In this document: positions 54,510-64,000 of the stretch, one piece after another | Numbering within the stretch: position 1 is the stretch's first letter | Layout: each line of letters starts with the position of its first letter | DNA from: Octopus sinensis | Lineage: Eukaryota | Reading direction: 5' to 3' | Length of the DNA stretch: 64,000 nt | NCBI RefSeq assembly: GCF_006345805.1 | Contig: NC_043015.1 | Location: forward strand, 41,912,001-41,976,000 | Notes under the pieces: generated by a model | Told to the model about the DNA's origin: nothing | Seen by the model: the letters and a program-made list of their open reading frames with translations, nothing else | Databases searched by the model: none | Translations under genes and position numbers: made by a program

Positions 54510-55403
54510 CGAGGTAGCATCAAATAGTTCCCAGACTAATTCTGTAGCGCCCCAACAGATGACAGCTCACGGTTGCGTGTCGTGTGAGAGCTAGCTGTGA
54601 TATTCATGAAGCAGTGTATCGAAGGACATCATTGTGTTTACTTCGCAAGTTGTGAAATTTGTTTGTGTTTTTGTGGTCCCATGTATGCAGAAGTCTGCGA
54701 TATTTTTTTATGGATAGGAACAAAGAACCAAAGCGAAATCTTTGCGTTTAACTTGTGAAGTCTGCTACGGAGACATTGAACATGCTTCGGCAAGTTTACA
54801 GCGGCGAGGCAATGAGTCGTACGCCAAAGTGTGGAGCGGCACCGCGCTTCAAATATGGAAGAACGTTCCTGGAAAACGACGAGCAATCTGGAAGGCCTGC
54901 CTGGAGCGTCACATCCGGAAATGTGGTATTGTCCATGAATAATTCGGCCTCGCTGGGTCAGACCGTCAATTGAGGGTTCTTCTTCGACATTTTGAAATGT
55001 TTGAAGGAGGACATTCGGCGAAGTGACCAGGTCTGTGGAACGAAGATTTGGGTTCTTCACCATGCTCTTCTCACTCTTGAGTTCCTCGCCAAAAGCAATA
55101 TGTATCGCTTCTGCACCCACCTCTATTTGCCAGATTTAGTACTTACGGACTTCCATCTTTTCCCCAAGATGAAAAAAAGCTCAAAGATCGCCGTTTTAAC
55201 ACTAGAGATCCAGAGCAAATCGCAAAAGCTCCTCGACACGCTTACGGTAAACAAATTCCAGCACGGATTCTAAAAGTGGTAGCAAGGCTGGGACTGATGA
55301 ATTACTGCGCAAGGTGGCTATTTCGAAAGGGCTGATGCTAAACCTAGGTGAATAATTTATTTTTTATCAAACATAAGTCCTGGAACTTTTTGATACCACC
55401 TCC
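54510..55403 (+). mobile_element. Internally deleted mariner element with both TIRs and TA flanks
   Basis: Left TIR cgaggtagcatcaaatagttcccagact vs right TIR reverse complement ggaggtggtatcaaaaagttccaggact; TA on both sides. Residual KSATETLNMLRQVYSGEAMSR, SGRP and HLYLPDLVLTDFHLFPKMK (YSPDLAP-like). Confidence 0.92.
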
Positions 55404-55948
55404 TACTGACAGAATATGATTTTTTTTCTGATATGTCTCCTTGTTTCATTCATTGGACTGCGGCCATACTCATGCACTGCTTTGCAGTTACCATAACAGA
55501 AAGATTTCAAAGGCGGTGAGCTGGCAGAAAGATAGCACGTTGGGCGAAAGACTTAGCGGTATTTCGTCTGCCGTTACATTCTGAGTTCAAATTCCGCCGA
55601 GGTCGACTTTGCTTTTTATCCTTTCGGGGTCGATAAATTAAATACCAGTTACAGCACTGATGTTGGTATGACATACGACTCTTTAACACATTAACTAGTT
55701 TCAACTCGAGGGGCGCGACCGTCCTGGAGCAACGCCGTTAGTTTTGCGACAGTTTAACAACGTGAAACTTCCTATGACATGTGGCATTTGGTGAATGAGA
55801 GAGTTTTATGCTGGTGCAGTCACCAGTGTTTCTTGCCGTGAGGTAGGCTCCTGTGTATATACATATAAGTCCATAAATGTTAAATGTGTTCCTCTGTGTG
55901 TGAGTGTGTCCGTATGCTTGTGTGTGCCTATATATATATATAATATTA

Positions 55949-56067
<119 letters not shown>

Positions 56068-56149
56068 TACATATATATATATCCACACACACACACACGT
56101 ACACACACACCACACACATATATTATATATATAATATATATATATATTA

Positions 56150-56190
<41 letters not shown>

Positions 56191-56999
56191 TATAGTACAC
56201 AAACACATACATACAATAGCTGTATTGATATTCTTTCGCCCCAAACATGTCATATTGATCCGTTAGGCCAACGTCACGCCTTTGTTGATTTGTACCGTTG
56301 TCTTTACATATTTTTTCCAAGATGGTTATCTGCTAAAGACAATTCTATAGCCTGTGAATTACAACTTATGTAAACATTGCTAAAATTCTCTTGAAACTCT
56401 TCCTGCCATACTTAATTCTATACATGGATATTTATATTTATCTCCAGTATGTTCTTGGGGTTTTTTTTTACTTTTTACCATTTGTTTCCTAATACGATAT
56501 GCTATGAATACAAGTTACGTTTATTTGCATTCGAGACACAGATTCAATATCCTTTTTTTCCTATTCAGGTACAAAGCCTGAAATTTTAGGGAAGTAGGTT
56601 AGTCGATTGCATTGACCTCAGTACACAGCTGGTACTCGTTTTAATCGATCACGAAATGATGAAAAGCAAAATCGACCTCGGCGGAATTTTAACTCAGAAC
56701 GTAAAAGACAGAAGAAATGCCACTAAGTAAAGAGATAGCAAAGTTAACGGCCACGCCCCAGCGAAGCAGCAGAATCACAGTTCGCGAACTAAAGTTGTTA
56801 AGGAGATTTAAACATTTGTGTGTGTGTGTATTGATGCCTTGAACCCCAAGTGTATGGGTGTCGTGTATGGATGATTGTACCTACGTATGCATGTACGTAT
56901 GTATGTATGTATGTATGTATGTATGTATATATATGCACTTTTGTAATATCCATATAGGTATATAGGTAACAACATAGACGGACAGATAGATAGATACAC

Positions 57000-57078
<79 letters not shown>

Positions 57079-57083
57079 CAGAC

Positions 57084-57157
<74 letters not shown>

Positions 57158-57525
57158 GTACACAGACAGACAAACAGATAGATATGTTCCATTATAGGGC
57201 TGAACACAGAGGAGACAAAATACAAAGTAGAGCTTTTCTTTTGGGGAAGAAGAAGAGAAAAAAGTGTATTCTCGTGCTCCACACACACACACACACACAC
57301 AAATGACCACAATAACATTAGGTGAAACAATAGAGTCACTAACAAACTTTCTGTTATAAATATAAATATTAGATTCTTGGCACAATGTTTTCATTATTTT
57401 TATACAAAAGTAAACATGGAAGTCAAAATTTCATTTGTATAAATACTTCCATAAATATGCATAAATATATAGATAGCTAGATTTCTTTACACACGCATAT
57501 GCATATCTGCGTGCGTACATCTACG

Positions 57526-57567
<42 letters not shown>

Positions 57568-57829
57568 AGTGCGTGTGTGTATGTCTGTGTGCATTATGTC
57601 GCTTACGTTGACTTAAAGTCCCGCATATTAGTGTTTAAATACCTGTTTGAAATCTATTTTCCATACATGTTCATTCTACAAATCAAAACAAAAAATTCCA
57701 ATTTTGAATTATTTTATATATAAGTTATAGTTTTAACTGATCGGTAAATTTTCTCTATCTCTCTATCTCATTTCCCCTATGTATACAAAGATTTATGTAT
57801 ATACACATATATACATGCATATATATACA

Positions 57830-57876
<47 letters not shown>

Positions 57877-57909
57877 AAATAGATTTTCATAGTATATTTT
57901 TCGATGGCC

Positions 57910-57971
57910 TGATAACTGAAGAGATGCCGGCGTGGGTTTCCGCCCCGAATCCGAAACTCGGAGTTTTATCA
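57910..57971 (+). ncRNA. Type I hammerhead ribozyme-like motif with intact core
   Basis: UGAUAA-CUGAAGA-[imperfect 30-nt stem II hairpin]-GAAA-CUC(G)GAGU-U-UUAUCA: perfect 6-bp stem I, ACUC/GAGU stem III. Confidence 0.8.
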
Positions 57972-58111
57972 TGGCTACCGAATAATTGTCACCTATTCAT
58001 AGATAAATATAATTATTAATATCGAGGTCTCATTCATTCTTTTGTTGTCTTGCAATTTCTATCAATATATATATATGTGTGTGTATGTATATATATATGG
58101 GGTATGTATGT

Positions 58112-58161
<50 letters not shown>

Positions 58162-58626
58162 TATATATATATATCAGACGCGTCTGCCCATTCTCCTTGA
58201 TATTCACATACATACGTAGCACATATGTACATAATACATACCTGTGTATGGGCATACACACGTACATACGCACGTACACGTACACACACACATACATACG
58301 CACATGCATACGTGCGCATATACATACATACGCACATTCGTACGTACGTACATACACACATACATACATACACACATACATACACAAATGCGTACGTACG
58401 TACATACATACATACATACCATGCATGCTTACATACATACGTACATATATATAACGAACTAACTGTTACTTTCTCAGATGCAGCACTGATTTTTGTCAGT
58501 GAACAGGTCGCGGTCTTAAAGCGACGGAAATATTTTGACAAATTAAACTTAAATGTTGAAGTGAATCGAACGGCTTTTGTGTGTTTTTTAAATGGCTTAC
58601 AAACACCTTCCACGCTGCAATTGTTT

Positions 58627-58663
<37 letters not shown>

Positions 58664-58953
58664 ATGTGGTGTGTGTGTATACATATATACATATATACAT
58701 ATGTACGTGTGTATGTGCCTCTGTGTGAGTGTATTATTTAGGTAAGTTTTATTAACAGAACAGCAAGAATACAAAAATTGCTTAGGCAACGAGTGTTTAT
58801 ACACTAAACTTACTCGATCAAACGTGCTAAATTAGTACAAATATTTTCAAAGCGTTAAACATTATATGATTATCAGCTTTCATTAGAAATATCTACCTAC
58901 GTAAATACGTAAATTTGCACGTATAGACCTCCAATGATATATATATGTGTGTG

Positions 58954-58984
<31 letters not shown>

Positions 58985-59038
58985 AACTCATGTCTGTGTG
59001 TGCATATATATATATAATATATATATATATATTATTAT

Positions 59039-59080
<42 letters not shown>

Positions 59081-60371
59081 ATATATTTATACAGTTCATA
59101 CATTGTTTCATTTTCTATGGAATAGTAATTATAGGTGTTAACAAAAGTTAATTATATAATAATGATCAGAATCATAGAATCATAGATAATATTCCAAACA
59201 TTTGGTGTGGAGAGATAGATAGATAGATAGGGAAAGAGAGATGGTGAGAGTGAGAGTGAAAGTAGAAGAGTGAAAGATTTATAGACTACTCAACTAGTAC
59301 CTATATAATCGACTCCGAAGAGAAAAGCAAAGTCTGCCCTGGTGAAATTTTGAACGCAGAGCATTATGAGCTGAAAAAAATGTTGCTAAGCACTCTGTCC
59401 GTCGAGCAGTCCTTCGTTTCGCAACCTTATATCACTTTGTAATGGTATAAGTTAAATCATAATAAATATATAAGAAATATTAATAATATATCAGAAATAC
59501 TTAGAGACATGGCAACCTGACAAAAAACCGGCGAGGTGAAAAGGTTGAGAAATTACTTAAGGTTACATTCGGTGTCAAATAAAATAAAACAAATATTTGA
59601 GTGGGCATAAGCATACCAAAGTGAAAGGAACCATCAAAATTTTAGTTAACTGAGAATGTATTTAGTGGCAAAGAAAAATATTTCAAGGTTCAATTCTGTA
59701 AAGGAGATAAATCGATATAAAAATGTTAAATTCCGTAGAAGGGAAATGGCGTCAATGTAATCGAGACTATATCTCATATTTTCCAGCGCCATCAAATCCG
59801 GTGGATGGAAGGGTGGAGGTGGACCCTATAATCATTTTGAAGGACTCCGAGCCCCATGAGAAAAAAAGGAAAGGAATAATTAATTCTTACAATGTACACC
59901 TATTCAGAATGATACGCGGCATAGTGAACATGGAAAACATTAAATGCGATGATGTGAAATAAATTGACTGACGGATGAAATCTATCGCACAATAATAATC
60001 AGAGACCCCTTGAAAAACTTCTAGGTAGATCTTTCAGTTAAATTTCAACCCCAAAGCGTTTTTAGTAAAGCGAGAAGATATTTGCCCGAAGTGCAGCACA
60101 ATGGGGTTCAACCTGAAACCACGTAGATACAAAGTAAATTTCATAATCACACAGTAGTGTCTGCGGCCATTTTAGCATTCTTCAAAGTTGGTGTCGTTAG
60201 TAATTTTCAGACAAGTTTAATTGCTTACAACTATGTAATGATCTCATACCGAAATCGACCACGACTGCGCTGAATGCTAATATCGTTCTTAGATAGAGGC
60301 AATTGTTCATTTTGCCTGTTACTGTGTTATAGAACCACGCACACCATCCCTCCCATATATATATATATATA

Positions 60372-60414
<43 letters not shown>

Positions 60415-60743
60415 CTGTATATAGTATGTATATATGTATATATATTTATATATATATATATGTGGGTATATATATATATATCTATATATATATATATATA
60501 TTATTATAAGATATATAATATACGTATGTACGTATGTATGTATAATATATAACTCGATAGCGGATGCAGACTCAATAACTTTTCGTATTTTAATCTAATA
60601 TTATACAAATACATGTGTATGTGTGCTTGTTTGTATGTATATGTATATATATATATAATATGTGACAATTACATTTACAGACAAATTCCTCTATTTGCAT
60701 AATATCGAGGTCTCTTTCATTCTTTTGTTCTTACCATTTTTAT

Positions 60744-60777
<34 letters not shown>

Positions 60778-61742
60778 TGTATGTGTGTGTACGTACGTGT
60801 ACTGACCTCTAAATATGTTCTCACGTATGAAAATCTGTTTATTAATCTCCTTTCTAACTTATTAGTTCCCAATCCTCATGTTCATGTCTCATAATGGAAT
60901 TTCTATTGCCTCTGGAATCTTTAACTCCACCAGATTTCTATAACGAAGCCTTATGTTTGTCTCCGTCATTCCAGGAATCAAAATCATTCTATTACACGTA
61001 ATTTCGCCACACAAGGAGACTATAGGCAAAACACCAAGTCTGGATTTCTAAAGTTTTATTATTACTGGAAATAAAAGGAAAATAACCAAAATCAGAAAAC
61101 TGCGAAATGCTCTCAACAGCGTTGACATAAAGCAGCAAAATGAACTTAGTCATTTATGATAATAATCGCTTTTCTTTGAGTATATCTGTTCAGACAGCAT
61201 GATATTTAAACTACCAAATAATTTAACAGAATAACACCAGATATTTTAGATATGGCCAGGTATTGAGTTAGTTCTTAAAATGTTTGGCGCTAGTGATACT
61301 TTTAGAGATCATAAAGAGTACTGATATGTATGTATTTATATAAGATATATATATATATATATATATAAATATATATATATATCTATATTATATATAGAGG
61401 GCACTATTATACATAGATGACTCACGCTAAGAGGGACTCTTAAAGTCAAAACTACTAAAATAAATAAACACGTCGTACGATTCTTGAAGCAAGCCACTTA
61501 AAGACAGAATTTAGCCACATATCACACTGTGATTTCGTAATCAGCGCAATTATATGCGCTCTTTACTCTTCAGTGTGTGCATAATTCAAGATATATAATG
61601 AATAAACGAAAACAACATACCAGGCGAACAGCTATCGTATCCATCGCAGCATGTAGGTATGTTTATCCCTTACACATCTATGTAAATGGCGGGCTTTTTC
61701 GAATTGCATTTCGGTAACAGCGTGCTTATTCGGAATACTGTG

Positions 61743-61788
<46 letters not shown>

Positions 61789-61789
<1 letters not shown>

Positions 61790-62031
61790 TAAGTAATTAA
61801 GGGTTCAGCAACGATTTGCCTCACCACACACCGAATTTAGGTCAGTAGGTAACTTAATATAGAAAGATTTTCGTCATTTCTTTCTCTTTTACCTGCGTCG
61901 TTTGTTTTTTAAGTGCTTTGGTTTTACTGGGATCTCCCTTTTAAGTAGAAATAATGGCCAAAAATCTTGACTGCTATTTCTAAATTCGGTGTGTAGTGAG
62001 GCAAATCGTTGCTGAGCCCTTAATTACTTAG
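61789..62031. mobile_element. MITE with about 52-bp near-perfect TIRs and TA flanks
   Basis: Left ctaagtaattaagggttcagcaacgatttgcctcaccacacaccgaatttag matches the right arm reverse complement with 2 mismatches. Confidence 0.9.
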
Positions 62032-62146
62032 TATTACTTAAACCTTCCTTCAATGGGTCTTTTACATACCGAACTCTACTTGGTGAAATTAATGATTATT
62101 TCTAAATTAATTAATTTCACACTTTATTATTAATGATAATTGTGTG

Positions 62147-62186
<40 letters not shown>

Positions 62187-62783
62187 GACATGCTTCTTTA
62201 CGTTTCTATCTACCAGATCCAGTCGCAAATCTGAGGTTGTAGAAGACAGCAGGTCAAGTTGCCACGCAGTGGGACTGAACCCGGGCCCATGTGGTAGAGA
62301 ATCAAACTTCTTACGACACCACCACATCCATCCCCATTATACAAAATTCCTAATCTTTTTTCAGGACGGTTTAGCGAAAATACAAGATATTACAAAGCAT
62401 ACGTTTTAATTAAATTAAATTAAATATTTCTAGATTAGAATCAAAATAACAATTATAGATACACAATAATCAGTGCCTCGGTTTATTTCTGTTTAAGAAT
62501 CATTAAAAAATTAAATAAATATATAAATCATATAAAAATACAAAACACACAAAACGAAATGAAAATACAATAGAAAATTATGATCTTATCATACGTTTTG
62601 ACAACAGATTACGTTTTTATTCTTCTATTCCTTGCGGAACAAAAGACGATAAATGGTAGGCGAGAATAGCAATAAAAATATCCGAACACACAAACAGATT
62701 GCAAAATAGCGTTATAAATACACTCACACACGGACACACATGTTAATGATTGTTGGTATGTATACATACATACATACATATAC

Positions 62784-62850
<67 letters not shown>

Positions 62851-62863
62851 TAATATATATATA

Positions 62864-62944
<81 letters not shown>

Positions 62945-63136
62945 CGTATGTGTGTGTGAGTAAATGTGTGCATGTGTAGTATGTAAGTATGAATGTATGT
63001 ATGTATATATATATCTATATACATACATATATATATGTACATATATGTATGTGTATAATATATACACATATATATATACAATATATATATTAGATATAGA
63101 GAGAGAGAGAGATAGAGATAGATAGATTCGATAGAG

Positions 63137-63187
<51 letters not shown>

Positions 63188-63256
63188 AGATAGATAGAGA
63201 GATAGAGATAGAAAACAGACAGACAGACAGGCAGATAGATAGATAGATAGATAGAT

Positions 63257-63300
<44 letters not shown>

Positions 63301-63811
63301 AAGTAAAACTATAGAAAGTTACAAACAGAAATATACATTTGAAAATAACACTGGAAACAAAGGCGCATATACTTACACACGCATACACGTGTTGATGGAC
63401 CCATACACACAGGCACACATACAAATATGTTGATGAGTGCATGTGTATGTTTGTGCGTGCGTGTGTGTAGATGCACACATACATATACATAGACATACAC
63501 ACAGGAAGAGACTATACAATCGTATAGTTTTATTGATATATGTAGATAAAGATAAATACACTTCGGGCATTATATGTCGACACATTAAGATTGATGGGTG
63601 GGTCGGCGCGCGATTTTGTGTATGCATGTGTGGATATGTAGATATGAGTGTGCGTGTTCGTGTGTGTTTGTACGTTGTTTTAATCTTATATATTAAAATT
63701 AATGAAGAGAAACATTACACTTTATGATTACAAATTCAAACTGAAATATTAAGAGAATAAGAGCATTGGGCAAAGAGCAATCGAATGAGTGTGGGCGTAT
63801 GTATGTGTGTA

Positions 63812-64000
63812 TATTCTTTACTCTTTTACTTGTTTCAGTCATTTGACTGTGGCCATGCTAGAGCACCGCCTTTTTTAGTCGAGCAAATCGACCCCAGGAC
63901 TTATTCTTTGTTTAAGCCTAGTACTTATTCTATCGGTCTCTTTTGCCGAACCGATGAGTTACAAGCACACAAACACACCAGCATCGGTTGTCAAGCGATG
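63812..64000 (-). mobile_element. SINE family 1, 3' half, running off the window end
   Basis: ttttacttgtttcagtcatttgactgtggccatgc. Similar tails at 32115-32300, 34675-34790 and 42055-42250; older copies at 4140, 10400, 17225 and 48085. Confidence 0.88.

Overview
AT-rich, repeat-saturated eukaryotic DNA, almost certainly cephalopod and probably Octopus. That assignment is an inference from the tRNA-derived SINE families and the (TA)n/(GATA)n/(CATA)n load. No host protein-coding exon, rRNA, true tRNA or CRISPR array can be supported. Nearly all ORFs in the supplied track are microsatellite artefacts (YI, LSIY, MYVC, poly-P, poly-L). Real coding remnants all belong to transposons: a frameshifted Penelope-like element (RT, Cys motif, GIY-YIG; about 39.8-41.9 kb, minus), a hAT remnant, three mariner remnants, a Tc1 remnant and a maT-like remnant. 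There are also five tRNA-headed SINE families, Helitron-type non-autonomous elements and several MITEs. The main result of the hunt is six short motifs, plus one partial, that fold by hand into minimal type I hammerhead ribozymes, in about five mostly unrelated hosts. One sits just downstream of the Penelope ORF and carries a compensatory U3-A8 core pair. One has a fully intact core. One lies at the 3' end of a tRNA-headed SINE-like composite. All folds were made by eye. Activity, family names and novelty need the checks listed.
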